From the human T2T-CHM13v2.0 reference genome, Homo sapiens, in assembly GCF_009914755.1 (NCBI RefSeq), contig NC_060933.1: DNA of 64,000 nucleotides. One strand, given 5' to 3'. A program made the position numbers and the translations under genes. Under the pieces are notes generated by a model, which saw nothing but the letters and a program-made list of their open reading frames with translations, did not search any database and was not told where the DNA came from. This document shows positions 1 through 22,159 of the stretch, in pieces. Positions within the stretch are counted from its first letter, which is position 1, and every line of letters starts with the position of its first letter.

Positions 1-199
1 CACTTTGCCCCTAAAGGCGTCTCTGTTATTATACTCATGGCTTTCCATTTTCTAATACTGTGTACTGATCATTTCAACACATGCCTTATTCTCTAAATAG
101 ACTGAAAGATTCATTAAGTATCTGAAAAGCAAATGTTGATGAACTTGCCTAGAATAAAAGGCATGAAACATGCAAGTTTCTAACATAGATTGTAGCAGC

Positions 200-730
200 C
201 ACCCCAGATGATTGCAATCACCTCCCCATTGATCTCCCAGCTGACACATTCTATGTATTTGTAACTCAGCAACCAGAGTGATCCTTTAAAAATTATCAGA
301 GAGCGCCACTCCTCTTAGTAAAGCACTACCCCACCCCAGTCACTTAGCTTTCTGATTCACAGGAGTAAAAGCCAAAGTCCTTATAATGGCCTAAAAATCG
401 TACATAATCTGTTCCTTTTCAGATTTCATTCACTACCATCTTCCCCCTTCTCTCTCTGTTCCAGTTACAACAGCTTGCTGCCCCCCTCAAAAAAAACTAG
501 CATGTTCCTGCCCCAGGGCCTTTGCACCTGCTTTTTCCTCTTAGTGCAACAAGCTTGCTCCAGATATCTGAAAGGCTGACTATCTCGCCACCTTCAGATG
601 CGTGTTCTAATGTCTCTTTATCAGTGAGAGCTTCTTTGTCCACCCTGGGCATCTTCTTGCCCTTCCCTGCTTTATTCTTCCCCATGGCACTTACTCACAT
701 TGGACACTAAACACTTGTTTCCTTAGCTAG
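200..730 (-). mobile_element. L2 fragment
   Basis: cagagtgatcctttaaaa...cccagggcctttgcacctgct typical of L2 3' region. Confidence 0.7.
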
Positions 731-1006
731 GCATTCTTCTCCTACCCTCACAACAGTAGGAATGTCCTAAGGTTCTGAGAAGACTCCTGTGCTGGGTTTC
801 CAGACTCCTGTACTCTCACATTTGGTGCTCATGCACCTCTTGGTCATTAGTGCACTCCAGAGGTTAGGACCTAGAGTATGTGGCTGTCCTTCAGAGGAGG
901 GAAATGGATTGCTTAGGAGCAGAGAAGGGAGCTTTGGCCTCGCAGTGCAGGACCCCTGTGCCCACAGGCCTCTGTGTGTTGACAGCAATGCTCTTGGTGT
1001 CCACCT

Positions 1007-1026
1007 GCACTGCCCTCTGGTGTTCA
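1007..1026 (-). promoter_or_regulatory. CTCF-like core motif
   Basis: Minus strand TGAACACCAGAGGGCAGTG resembles CCACCAGGGGGCAG core. Confidence 0.45.
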
Positions 1027-1389
1027 GTCAAAATTAAGCAAATAGTTATGAACTGCTATAGGGGATTGTTACCAGGTCCTGAGTCTGAGTGTTGGGAACA
1101 CAACAAGAAGCAAACAAATCTGCCCAACACCCCTGAGATGTGGGTTTCACAGATAATACTGAGGTCAGAGTAGCATGTTAAATGACACCACAGTGATGAC
1201 ACAATCATAAAAATCTACACTGTGGACTCTGTCCTAGTTTCTTTAAAGAATTGCATGGAAAAAAAAAGATGGAAGGGGAAGAATAAGAATGAAGAATGCT
1301 TTAGAGACTCTGCAATCCATCGTAATATCCGTACAAGGATTCTGCTCTTTTAAAAAAAAGAAAAATGGTGTGAAAAAATATGTAAGACT

Positions 1390-1772
<383 letters not shown>

Positions 1773-2260
1773 CTAATTTTTTAGATGTATTATTTTAAAA
1801 AGGGGATCCTTACCCTTTGGAGGTGGATACTAAAATATTCATGGATGAAATGATAGGATGCCAGAAATGCTCTTCAATTAATCTATGTCAGGGAAGTGGG
1901 ATCAGAGGAATCAGGACTGTCTAAAACTGAAGCTGGGTATTAGGTCAACGAGTTACTTATACTATTCATTCATTATGCTATTTATTTCCTTTTGTATATT
2001 CTTAAATTTTTTATAATAATAGTAATAAAGATATGTTGAACATGGTAAAGATGGAAAATGTATAGAGACAGAAGAAATATTCTTATTTTTTATTTCATAC
2101 AATTCTATAGTTTCACATTTTGTTTTGTTTTACTGTATTTATGCATTAATTCTATAACTGTAAAACATGCTATTAATAATTAAACTGACCTTATGAAAAT
2201 TCTTGGAGAGTGAAAACTTTGAAACTCATGTGCTAGGTACATCATTAAAATATATCATTC

Positions 2261-2597
2261 AGGCGACACCTGATGACTCACATCTATAATCCCAGTAATT
2301 TGGGAGATGAAGATAGGAGTCTCCCTTAAGCCCAGGAGTTTGAGACCAGCCCTGGCTATATAGTGAGAGCCTGTTTCTACAAAAAAAAAAAAAATTATTT
2401 TTAATTAGCCAGGCATGGTGGCACTCACCTGTAGTTCCAGCTACTCAGGAGGCTAAGGTCAGAGGATAGCTTGAGCATGAAAGTTCAAGACTGTAGTGAG
2501 CCATGGTCATGCCACTGCACTCCAGCCTGGGCAACAGGGTAAAACCATGTCTCAATAAACAAACAAATAAATACATAAATACATAAATAAATAATAA
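2261..2597 (+). mobile_element. Alu (J)
   Basis: Diverged Alu + (TAAA)n tail. Confidence 0.9.
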
Positions 2598-2677
2598 AGT
2601 ATTCCATTCAACATTTTTACCTTAGTAATGCTCAACATTTGGTTTTTACTTATTTCCTTTTATGTTGTATTTTCTAG

Positions 2678-3075
<398 letters not shown>

Positions 3076-3159
3076 AACTATGTATTGTTTCTTGTGATTA
3101 GATATGCATACACACAAACATGTGTATGCATATATATATATATATACATGTACACACAC

Positions 3160-4410
3160 ATTATTTTTTTAGAGCAGTTTAAAGTTCACAGCAAAACTGA
3201 GCAGAAGGTATATATATATACACATACACACATTATTTTTAAGAGCAGTTCAAAGTTCACAGCAAAACTGAGCAGCAGGTATAGATTTCCCATATACTCC
3301 CTGTCCCCCACACATGCATAGCCTCCCCCATAATAAACATCCCCCACCAGAGTGGTGCATTTGTTACAATTAAAGAACCTACATGATACATCTTATAGTT
3401 TGCATTAAGGTTCACACTCGGGCTTGGACAAATTTACAATGACAAGTATTCACTATTAAAATATCATACATGTACTTTCAGGGCCCTACGCATCCTCTGT
3501 GCTCTAGTTATTCATTCCTCTCTTCCTCCTAACTCCTGGAAACCACTGATTTTTTTTTTTCTATCTCTATAGTTTTACCTTTTCCAGAAAGGTCATATAG
3601 TTGGAAGTGACAGTATGTAGCCGTTTTAGATTGGCTTCTTTCACTTTGTAATATGCATATAAGCGTCCTCTGTGTCTTTTCGTGGCTTGACAGCTCTTTT
3701 TATTTTTTATTTTATTTATTTTATTTTTTTATTTTTTTTTTTAGAGGGAGTCTTGCTCTGTCGCCCAGGCTGGAGGGCAGTGGCGTGATCTCCGCTCACT
3801 GCAAGCCAAGCTCCACCTCCCGGGTTCACGCCATTCTCCTGCCTCAGCCTCCCGTGTAGCTGGGACTACAGGCCCCTGCCACTGCACCTGGCTAAGTTTT
3901 TGTATTTTTAGTAGCGACGGGGTTTCACCGTGGTAGCCAGGATGGTCTCTATGTGCTGACCTCGTGATCTGCCTGCCTCGGCCTCCCAAAGTGCTGGGAT
4001 TACAAGCGTGAGCCATCGCACCCGGCCAACAGCTCATTTATTTTATCATTGAATGATATTCAATTGTCTGGATGTACCACAGTTTGTTAATTCACCTACT
4101 GAAGGAAATCTTGCTTGTCTCCAAGTTTTTGCAATTATAAATAAAGCTTCCATAAACATCTGTGTGCAGGTTTCTGTGTGGACATAAGTTTTCAACTCCT
4201 TTGGATATATACCAAGAAACAAGATTGCTGGGTCGTATAATAAGAGTAGATTTAGTTTTCTAAGAAGCCACAAAACTGTTCTCCATTTTGTATTTCTATC
4301 AGCACTGAATGAGAGCTCCTGTTGCTTCACATCCTCATCAGCATTTGGTGTTGTCAGGGTTCTGGATTTTTGCCATTCTAATACGCATGCAGTAGTATCT
4401 CATTGCAGTG
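3160..4410 (-). mobile_element. L1M 3' end interrupted by Alu
   Basis: ORF 4046..4330 DPAILFLGIYPKELKTYVHTETCTQMF L1 ORF2 C-terminus. Confidence 0.85.
3696..4027 (-). mobile_element. Alu (Y-like) in L1
   Basis: Antisense Alu, TSD acagctc. Confidence 0.95.
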
Positions 4411-5122
4411 CTGTATTTGAGAATGTGAATAGCTGCAGTTCATTTACTCTTAGTGCTGCGAGGTACTCTATTATTGGAATATATGATCATTTAATTACCC
4501 AGTCCACTATCTACCCATATTGAGAGATAACTAGATTGTTTCCAGGTTTTTAAAATTGGGAACATTCTCATATATCTCTAGGTAAACAAACGCAAGAATT
4601 TTTCTGGGGCCTGTAACAGGCTGACTAGGTTGCACTAGGTTGTAGTGAAGTCACTGGGTCATAGGGTACATTATGATCAGCTGTATGAGCCAGCATCTGT
4701 CTGTTTTCCAAATGGCTGTCCTACTTTAGCGTGTGGGATGAATACTTCCATGGTTCTTTATCCTTGCCAATACCACACGTTTCGGAACTTCAAAAAAAAA
4801 TTGTCAATATGTGTGAAAGGATATCTAATTGTTAATTTTCATTTTCATGATTATTATGAGGTTGAGCACTTTTTACATGCTTATGGGCTATTTGTGCTAA
4901 CTTCTCAACGGACATGTTATTTTTCACTTATTTATAGGAGGCATATTCTGGATACCAGACCTTTCTAGGTAAGATGTGTTGCAAATAGCTCTGCCAAGTT
5001 TTGGGTATTTTTTTTCACTTTGCAGTATCCTTTAATAAACAGAAGTATTAAATTTTTGTGTTATCAAATCAATTTTTCCTCTTTCAGTTTGTTCTTCTTC
5101 CCCATGTAAAGATAAAAGATAT

Positions 5123-5420
5123 GGCCGGGCGCGGTGGCTCACGCCTGTAATCTCAGCACTTTGGGAGGCCGAGGTGGGCAGATCACAAGGTCAGGAGATC
5201 GAGACCATCCTGGCTACCACGGTGAAACCCTGTCTCTACTAAAAATACAAAAAATTAGTCCAGGCGGGGTGGCGGGCGCCTGTAGTCCCAGCTACTCCGG
5301 AGGCTCAAGCAGGAGAATGGCATGAACATGGGAGAGGAGGTGGAGCTTGCAGTGAGCCGAGACCGCGCCACTGCACTCCAGCCTGGGCAACAGAGCGACT
5401 CCATCTCAAAAAAGAAAAAA
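5123..5420 (+). mobile_element. Alu (Y-like)
   Basis: Alu consensus. Confidence 0.95.
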
Positions 5421-5684
5421 TAATTCTTCCCAGGATTTTTTCTAAAAATGTTGAGAAGCTATCTTTATCCGTTAAAATATATTTTTATATTTGTTCTCCG
5501 GGATTAAGTTTCAATTTCATTTTTTTCCCTTATGGAGATCAGTGGTCCCAGTGTTGCTTATTGTAAAATATACTATCTTCACTTAACAACAATGAAAGCT
5601 GTGTTACAAAATCTGTTTCCCAGTATTAGTGCAAAATATATTTCTCTTTATGATTGTACTCAGATTAACTAGTTTGCAGGACTG

Positions 5685-6109
5685 TGTCCAGAGTTGGTTC
5701 CTTCCGGTGGGTTCGTGGTCTCCCTGACTTCAAGAATGCAGCTGTGGACCTTCCTGGTGAGTGTTACAGTTCTTAAAGATGACACGGAACCAAAAGTGAG
5801 GCTAGGAAGGTTTATTGCTGAGAGCGAAAGAACAAAACTTCCACACCCTGGAAGGTGACCCCACCTGGTTGCTGCTGCTGGTTGCAGGTGGCCAGCTTTT
5901 ATCCCCTTATGTCTTCCCGCCCACGTTGCGTTTCTGTCCTATCAGAGTGCCCTTTTTTTCAATCCTCTCCACTATTGACTACTTTTAGAATCCTGCTGAT
6001 TGGTGTGTTTTACAGAGGCTGATTGGTGCATTTTACAAATTCCTTGTAGGACAGGAAAGTTCCCCAAGTCCGCACTCGACCCAGGAAGTGCAGCTGGCCT
6101 AACCTCTCA
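5685..6109 (-). mobile_element. Solo LTR12-family (ERV9) LTR, LTR12F-like, with CCAAT (ctgattgg) repeats
   Basis: tgtccagagttggttccttccggtgggttcgtggtctc...gctgattggtgcattttaca...cagctggcctaacctctca. Confidence 0.88.
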
Positions 6110-7780
6110 CTGCCAGAGGCTAATTTCCATCCTGGTATTTCTCAGGCCCATAGATAGTGTGAATTCAAATCCAAACCAATATGTCTATTGACTTATATTT
6201 AGAAATTACCATTTTTTTTTCTTTTTTCTTGTCTACCCTATTGAAACCAAGACAAGCATAGATTTTTCACTTTCTTCTTATGGGAGTGGGATTTTCCTAG
6301 CCCCACTTAACATGCTTCTCTTTAGAAATCCTAGATTTATGCAGAAGGCATTTTAGCCTATACTCCTCCCTGCATGGGCATCAGTCTCTGTTTCCTGAAT
6401 TAGGTGCTCATGGTTCTGGGCCAATAGTTCCTGGGAGACACCCCAGGGCAAATGCCAGATGAGGCACTCACACCTCTGGATTCAAACTTTTTTTGCTCTT
6501 GTAGATATCTGAAAATTTGCCTTACTTTGACTCAGCCCATGCATTAAAGCAGATGCTTTTAAATATTTTATGATACATGTTTTAGGAAAGGGTCTGTCTG
6601 GATATTTCTTCTTTTGATTTGCATTTTGCTTTCAATTCTTCTTTCACACTATCCTAAGCATTAATCAACTCGTCGTTTATGTCAGTTAGTACAAAACTTC
6701 ACTATCCTGTTCATTATCACCATTTCATTTTGTTCTGCATAGGCCAGACTATTTATCTAAAAATGTTTAAAGAAATCTAAGGCCTTAAAGGATTCTTTCT
6801 CAGGGACTCTACTGTTTGTATTTAGAGAAATGCTCATTTGTTCCACTGTTTTACTTTCTTCTTGGGTCACGCTCTTTGATGACTGCCATCTTACAGAGGA
6901 TGACAAAAGAGGGCCCACGCTGAGACAATGATACCTGCTTGCCCCTTTGGATTTTATTTTCTTAGTGTTCTCAAAATATTAATAAAATGTCAAAAACAAA
7001 TTAATGTCACCAGAATGTGCGCCTCACTTAAAATTTCTCTCTCTAACAAGTTTTTGTTTCCTAGTTCCTTTGGTACCCTAATGTTTAGGTAAATAGTCTC
7101 TGAGGAAAGGATGTGAAAGTCATAGCAAAATATATGCTGGACTTGAATGAAAAATATCTGTTTCATAAAAGTTAAGCAGGCAACCAAAATTTACCTTTTT
7201 TAACCTAAATTATCTAAACATGTATTTACATTTCTGCTTCATTAAAATATATTTGAGATTGAATGCTCCTGAGACAGATTTTGGAATGCCCTCCCTTTCT
7301 AAAATACATTTTTTATTTTTTGTGGACTAAACAGTTATTTAAAAATGAACTTAATGATTGCTAATTAGTTATCTAAACACTTATTTAAAAATGAACTTAA
7401 TGATTGCTAATTACTCAGTTATTATAATGCATTTCAAAATTAACTTTATTGTCTAAACCTCTTAACACAAATGTATTAAATTATGTAACAGAGAATTGGC
7501 TATTTTTGTTCAAATATCTATTCTTGTCAGACTTAAAATATCACTCAGCTATATGATTAAAAATGAACTACAGTCATTAAATTATTTCCCACTTATTTGT
7601 GGCATTTCTCCATATTAGAGGAGACAAACAGTGCTCTTTGAATCTGATGACAGTTCTATTGATAACGGCCATCAGAATCTAGTTACGCATTATTAATAAG
7701 TTCAAGGCATGAATAAAATTTCTCCCTTGTTTCCACTCAAAAACTACAAGTATAGTTCTTTGGTAAGATGCTCCAACCAT

Positions 7781-8166
<386 letters not shown>

Positions 8167-8334
8167 TTAAACCATTCTGTGCCTGAACATTTTCATGGCA
8201 ATATTGGTCATATTATAAATTTGAAAATATAAATGGTAATCTAAATTGACTTTAGTCTACCAGTGATTATGAGAGCTTTATCTAGGTGAAACACTTGCAT
8301 TTTTATTTCTAACATTTTTTAGAAAATGTGAAAC

Positions 8335-8707
<373 letters not shown>

Positions 8708-10249
8708 CTAGATAAGCAGAACATAGAGCCAAGTGCTATGTTCTGGTTGTTTTTAATGAGTATATTTATGTTCTCCCCAATTTATTATTTATTAATGTCT
8801 AACTTCAATTAGATGAGTTGATTACTTTTCATACACCATTGACTAAAGGAAACCTAATTTTACACGTAATTCAAGGGGATCTGTAAGTAAGAACATTTTA
8901 AAATTAAACCAACACACGTGCATTGAAAATCATTCAAACAGTTTCATGGGCAAAAAACCAGTGAAAACCAGAAAATTTTTTTTTCCTTCCACAGACCTTG
9001 GTCCTGTTTTTCAGAGTTAGGCAAGGTTTATCATTTTCTTTTTTTACTATATGCTATTCTCTTGAACTGTAAATAATATTATACAATCACCTAATTTTGT
9101 TTTAACAATTTTAAGTAATATCCCTTGACTTTTTATGAACGGTAGAGAACATAGCTCATTTACCCTACTTTCTTCTTCTAAAACTATATTTCCAATTTAG
9201 TCTTTAATATATAATTTTATGGGATTTTTTAAAAATTTGCTTTCTCTAAATAATATACTTACAGTGCTTAATTCTTTGCTTAAATAATATGCTGTTTAGA
9301 TAATATATGGTCCATCCAATTTGAACACCACTGATTGGCTCAGTAGGATGTGGAGATTAGTGTACAACTTCCCTCCCCTCCAACAGTCCCTGTCATAGCT
9401 TTCGACTTGTATCAAATTTCGTTCTATGCTTATATTTTCACATTTTATGTAAATTACATCCTATTTTGTAATTATAATAAAGTCTGTGCTTTGTTCGTAG
9501 GTTAATTTTGATCATGGAATCTCAAGTGAATTGACAGCATCATTATTATGTTTTCTTTTTTTTTCAAACCACAGTCGCAGGTGGCGTGATTTGATTTGTC
9601 TGAAGGCAATGAAAGGATACACAGATACACCGAAGCCTCCCAAAAGAATCCTGGTTCCAAGACTCAAGAAGATGGATTAATGTTTTTCCATTAATTGTTG
9701 GAATTTATGCCATTTTTTACTATATGCCATCAATTTTAAAGCACTTCTGAAAAGACATAACAATCTAAATGAGATGGCATTTTAAATTCATAAAAATATA
9801 GTATTTTCCTCAACTTTTATACATTTATGATGCATTATTTCTTATTTCCCGGGAATTTTACTACCTTTGTTTTGAATGATTAAAAAGGAAACACAGCACT
9901 TTTTTCAGCACATCACCAAGATAGCCTAGTTAATATTCTTCTCTTTCTGAAGTCGTTGAATTGGGACAGACAGCTTGCCAGGCCTGCTGCCACGTGTCAG
10001 CATCGCATCCCTACATTCAACCACACTTGCATCTAACGACCATCTCTTTCATTAAATTTCTTTTGCACCTTTTCTTCCTGAATGAGTGCATGATACTTAA
10101 TTTTCCTGTGCACTTGCATGTCTCAAGAAGGTTTTAATTCTTTTTGTATTGCATTAATATTTAAGTTAAGTTTATAATTGCAAAATGATTTATACTCAGA
10201 ACATTGAAGACTCCTTTGTTTTGTTACATCCTGTCAAAATGATGAGAAG

Positions 10250-11120
10250 ACAGATCATCCTTTAGGGAAAAATTGGTTTTGATTGGCGTCAGCCTTTCCA
10301 ACGGCAATGCTGGAGACAAGAATAAAATGAAGTAATATTTTTCAAGGATTAAAAGGAAACCAATTTTAATCCTTGAATTATTTGCAGCCACAATCTTTTA
10401 AATATGAAAGCCCAGAAAAAGACATTAAAAAGTAAGGCCTGAAAAGTTTTATTTCAAATAAATCCCTTTGAAAATGCTTAGAGGACATACTCCACTAAGA
10501 AGAGAAATACACCGTGGTGTTAGAATTGAGGGTTCCAGAATCAATGGTAGTGGTGTTTATCATACCCTAAAAAATACATGAAAACATAACATATTGAAAA
10601 CAAACCCCGAGTAAACTTCAGAAAGCATCCCCTTAGACAAAGTGCTGTTGTAACAGAGAAAGCAAACCAGAGGTGGCCAGAGGAGGCTAGAGCACTTATC
10701 TGGTTTGCTGAGATGATATTAATTTTGACACATATCAGAAATTGAGAAAATTAACATAAATAATGATATAACCACCATTACAATGTTAAAAATTTCCAGA
10801 TTTCAAACAAATAGAAAAAGATTTGATCTATAGAGTGAAAGGTACAAATAGGAAAAAATAAACAGTAAAGAAAGTATGAAAAATCATAAAATGAGATGAC
10901 AGAAATAAGTCATAATGGAACAATAATTACATAAATCAAAGATTAAGATTGTCAGGTAAAATTTTTAAGTGTCAAAAAAACACTCAATAAAACCTATCGA
11001 AAATAAATTAGTGTAAAAAATATAGCAGGAAAATATGAATAAAAAGAGCTAGGTCCAATTTTTGATAAAAATTTGAATTCAAGTTAATAATATCCTAAAG
11101 AAGGAAAAAATCTGTAGACC
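10250..11120 (+). mobile_element. Highly decayed L1M ORF1/inter-ORF fragments
   Basis: gattggcgtcagcctttccaacggcaatgctggagacaagaa... resembles old L1 ORF1. Confidence 0.5.
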
Positions 11121-11199
11121 AATAGAGAGAAAGGAAGGCGCATTCAGACAAAGAAAATGTGTACAGAACACTCTAGGGATATCAGAAGAGGCTGCTCAT

Positions 11200-11512
11200 G
11201 GCCAGGCATGGTGGCTCATACCTGTAATCCCAGCACTATGGGAGGCCAAGGTGGGTGGATCACCTGAGCTCAGGAGTTCAGGACCAGCCTGGGCAGCAAG
11301 GGAAACCCCATCTCTACCAAAAATACAAAAAAATTCGCTAGCCCTAGTGGCACATGCCTGTGGTTCCCGTTACATGGGAGGCTGAGGTGAGAGGATTGCT
11401 TGAGCCCAGGAGGCGGAGGTTGCAGAGAGCCCAGATTTTGCCACTGCACTCCAGCCTGGGCAAGAATGTGAGACCCAGTCTCAAAACAAAACAAAACAAA
11501 ACAAAACAAAAA
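11200..11512 (+). mobile_element. Alu (J-like)
   Basis: (CAAAA)n tail; TSD ~agaagctgctca. Confidence 0.93.
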
Positions 11513-12230
11513 AGAAGCTGCTCAAGACCAGACTGAGCTCCTAGACCTTGAACTCCAGTCCCACCTCACACCCTAAGGTTCCTAAAGAATCAGTAACTTA
11601 GTTCACCCTACCGCACTCCTGACTTCTGGATATAGCACAAGTTTCTAAACTTATGCAAACAGTGAGGACTATCTATTTTGACAAAATAAGAAATGGAGTC
11701 AAGGCAACATGTAAAAGATATTTTTGCCAGTTTTATTGATTAACAAAGAAAAATTGTATATAGTTAAGGTATGCAGTGTGATATTTTGATATACATATAC
11801 ATTGTGAAGTGATGATTACCACAATCAAGCTAACATATTCATCACCTCACCTGGTTACCTTTTTGTGTTTGTGTGGTGGAGAAGACTTGAGATCTACTCT
11901 TTCAGCAAATTTCAAGTATACATTATTATTGACTTTAGTCACTATGCTGTACATTAGATCTGCAGAAATTATTCATCTTATAACTGAAAGTTTGTACTTT
12001 CTGACAAATATTTTTTCTTTTCCCCCAACTCCCAGGCCCTAGTAAGCACTATTTTACTCTGTTACCATGAGTTTGACATTTTCTTAGTATGCATATAAGT
12101 GAAATCATGCAGGATTTTTTTGCATCTGTTCCTGGCTTATTTTACTTACCATAATAAACTCCAGGTTTATCCATCTTGTTACAAATGGCAGTATTACCTC
12201 ATTTTTAAAGGCTAAATGATATTCCATTAC

Positions 12231-12232
<2 letters not shown>

Positions 12233-12274
<42 letters not shown>
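12233..12274. repeat. (TG)n microsatellite
   Basis: ~20 TG units. Confidence 0.95.
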
Positions 12275-12278
<4 letters not shown>

Positions 12279-12719
12279 CATTTAAAACATCCATTCATCT
12301 GTCAATGGACACAGGTAGTTTCCATACCTTGGCTGTGTAAATAACACTGTAATAAACCTGTAAGTATATATATCTGTCTGAGATAGTGATTTTCTTTACT
12401 TTGGATATATACCCAGATGTGGGATTGCTGGATTATATGGGAGTTCCATTTTTAATTTTTTGAGGAAACTCCATACTGTTGTCTGTAATGGCTGTACCAA
12501 TTTACATTCCCATCAACTATCAACTAAGCACAAGGGTTTTTGTTTCTCGATATCCTCAGCAACATTTGTTACCTTTTTACTGTTATAAAAGCCATCCTAA
12601 TAGATGTGAGGTGATATCTCATTGTGCATTTTCCTGATGATTAGTGACGGCAAACATCTTTTTCTTAATATATACCTATTGTCAATCGTATGTCCTTTAG
12701 AAATGTATCTCTTCAGGTC

Positions 12720-15304
<2,585 letters not shown>

Positions 15305-16162
15305 AGATCCTTTGGAATTGTCTGAGTTCCTAATTTATTTGGATATTAACTTCTTATCAGATGTATAGTTTGTAAATATTTTCTCCCATTCTTTAGGTTA
15401 TCTTTTCATTGTATTGGTTGTCTCCTTTGCTGTGCTGAAGCTTTTAGTTTGATTTACTCCCATTTGTCTATTTTTGCTTTTGTTGTCTATACTTTTGGTA
15501 TCAAATCTGAAAATTTATTACCAATACCAGTATCAAGGAGCTTTTCTCCGATATTTATATCTAAGAGTCTTACAATATTGGTCCTATGTTGAAGTCTTTC
15601 ATCCATTTTGAGACAATTTTTGTATGTACAGTGAGATAAGGGTTCAGTTTCATTCTTCTGCATGTGGATATCCAGTTTTCCCAACACCATTTAATAAAGA
15701 GACTAAATTTTATCATTGTGTACTCTTGGCACCAATGCTAGAGATCAATTGATTGTAAAGTCATGGATTTATTTCTTTCTATGATCTCTATTCTGTTCCC
15801 TTGGCCTACATGTCTGTTTTTATGCCAGTAGCATACTATTTTGATTACTATAGCTTTATAATTTAGTTTGGAATAAGGTAATGTGATGCTTCCACTTTTG
15901 TTTTTTCTGCTGAAGGATGTTTTGACTGTTTGGGGTCATTTGAGGTTGCATAAAAATTTTAGAACTGCTTTTTTCCATTTCTTTGAAAAATGCCATTGAA
16001 ATTTTGATGGGGTTGCATTACATCTATAGATCGCACTGAGTAATAGGGATATGTATCTTCTTCAAATTCTTTCATCAGTGTTTTATAGTTGTTGGTATAT
16101 ACAAATTTTACTGTCTTATTTAAATTTCTTCGTAAGTAGTTAATTTTTTGATGCTATTGTAA

Positions 16163-16436
<274 letters not shown>

Positions 16437-17081
16437 CGAGATTGTTTTGTTAATTTCTTTCTGGGATACTCAACTATTAGTATATAAAAACGTAACAGGT
16501 TTTTTTTTAATGTTAATTATGTGTTCTGCAAATTTGCTTGTTTCTTAATTTTAACAGTTTTTAATTGGAGCCTTTAGAATTTTCTCTATATGAGATCATG
16601 TCATCTTCAAATAGAGACACTTTCACTTCTTTTCCAGTTTGGATACCTTTTATTTCTTTTTCTTACCTAATTGCTCTGGCTAGGACTTACAGACTTTTTC
16701 AGAAACCCCCCAAAATAATCTAAGGGAGTCCATTGTCAGTAGGCCTGCTTTATAAGAAATTCTAAAGGGAGTTCTTCAAACTGAAATGCAATAAGACTAA
16801 TTAGCATCACGAAAACATATGTAGTTATAAAAAGTCACCAGTAAAAGTAACTAAACAGTCAAATTCAAAATATTCCTAATACTGTAATGATGGAGTATAA
16901 TCACTTTAACTTTTAAAAGGTTAAAAGACATAAAATATTACAAATAAATATAACTACAAAATAAACAAAGAAATAAACGCTGACATCAAAAAAACATAAA
17001 AAGTGGAGGGGAGTAAAGTGTAGGGTTTTGTATATGCTTGAAGTTAAGTTGCTATCAACTTAAAATAGACCATTATAACTA

Positions 17082-17420
17082 TAATCATACATTTCTTAAT
17101 GTGGATATGTTCTGAATAATGCCTCATTATGCAATTTTGTCATGGTGTGAATATCATAGAGTATACTTACACAAAATTAGATAATACCACCTACTACACA
17201 CCCAGGCTATATGGTATAACCTATTGCTTCCAGGTTACAAATCTGTACAGCATTGTACTATACTGAATGCTATAGGCAACTATAATACAATGATAAGCAT
17301 TTGTGTATCCAAATATATCTAAACATATAAAAGATACAATAAAAATGTTATAACCTTACAGGGCCACCGTTGTATATGTGGCCCATCATTGACCAAAACA
17401 TCCTTATGTGGCAGATGAGA
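17082..17420 (+). mobile_element. Tigger3a-like MITE inserted in L1
   Basis: atcatagagtatacttacacaaa...ctactacacacccaggctatatggtata...ttgaccaaaacatccttatgtggcagatga matches Tigger3 termini. Confidence 0.8.
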
Positions 17421-18668
17421 GCACGTGATGTTTTATGGAAGCCTCAGGATAATCACAAAGACAAAACATGTAATAGTTACACAAATGAGAATTTTACCAC
17501 ATGTTTAAAAAAGAATTAATACAAAGACACAGAAAAGAACCAAAGTATACCACTACAGAAAATAATCAAAATAATCAAATCATGCACAGCAAGAGAGAAA
17601 TAAAAGAACAAAGAAACTGCGAAATGCCTATCAATAGTTACTTTAAATATCAGTGGACCAAATTAGAAAAGACACAGGGTGGCTGAATGGACAGTAAAAC
17701 AATAACCAAATATATGCCGCCTATAAGAGATTCACTTCACCTTTAGAGACACACATAGACTGAAAGGAAAGACAGGGAACAAAAAAAAAAGAAAGAGTAG
17801 CTATTCTTACAACAAACAAAATAAACTTTAAGTCAAAAACTGTAACAAGAGGGAAAGAAAGTCATTATAGAATGATACAAGGGTCAATTCATCAAGAGGA
17901 TATAATTACTACAAATATATATTCTCCCAACATTGGAACACCTAATTGTATAAAGCAAATATTAACAAATCTGAAGAGAGAAGTGACAACGATAATACAA
18001 TAACAGTAGGGGACTTCCATATCCCACTTTCAACAATGGATTGATCACTCACACAGATAATCAATAAGGAAACAGATGACTTGAACTACACTATAGATCA
18101 AATGGACCAGACATATACAGGACATTACTTTCCAAAACAGCAAAATACACATTCTTCTTGAGCACACACAGTACATTCTCCTACACAGGTCATATATTGG
18201 GGGAGAAAACAAGTCTTAGCAAATTTAAGAAGATTGAAATCTTATCAAGTATTCTTTTTGACCACAGTGGCATGAAACTGAAAATTAAAAACAGGAGAAA
18301 ACTTAGAAAAGTGACAAATATGTGGAAATCAACCAACACACTCCTGAACAACCAATAGATCAAAGAAAACATCAAAAAAGAAATAAAATATCTTGAGACA
18401 AACTAAAATGAAAGCACAACATACTAAAACTTATGAGATGAAGCAAAAGCAATTCTAACAGGGAAGTTTATACAGGTTAAGTGCTAAATGAAGAAAAAAG
18501 ATCTCAAATAAACAATAAACCTCAAAGAAATAGAAAAGAAAAAAAATGAAGCCCAAAATTAGAAGAAGGAAGGAAATAACGAAGATGATAGCAGAAGTAA
18601 ATGAAATACACTAGAAAAACAATAGAAAAGATCAATGAAACAAAAAGCTGATTTTTTGAAAACATAAT

Positions 18669-18999
<331 letters not shown>

Positions 19000-19539
19000 C
19001 TAAGAAAAAAGAGAGAAGCCTCAAATAAATAAAATTAGAACAAAAAAGCAGATATTAAAATTGGTACCATAGAAATACAAAGGATAATAATAGTCTAAAC
19101 AACTATGTGTCAACAAATTGTTTAACTTAGAAGAAATAGAGAGATTTCTAGAAACATACATCCCTTAAGATTGAAACATGAAGAAATAGAAAATCAACAC
19201 AAATAATGAGTAAAAATATTGAGTCAGTGGTCAAAAAGCTCCTGAAAAAGGAAAATCCAAGACCAGATAGCTTAGTGGAGAAGTCTAGCAAATGTTTAAA
19301 GAAGAATTAGTACCATTTCTTTACAAACTCTTCCAAAAGTTGAAGAGGAGGGAACACAAACATTTTTTATGAGACCAGCATTACCCTGATAACAAAGACA
19401 GAAAAGGATACTACAAGGTTGACAGATATTTTTAAGGTGCAAATGATGTATTGTTGGAATTGAAAATACAGGATTTGTTTGTACAAAGATTTGTGTGTGG
19501 ATAGGTGGATGCATACTGGTGTGTGCATGCATACATATA

Positions 19540-22159
<2,620 letters not shown>

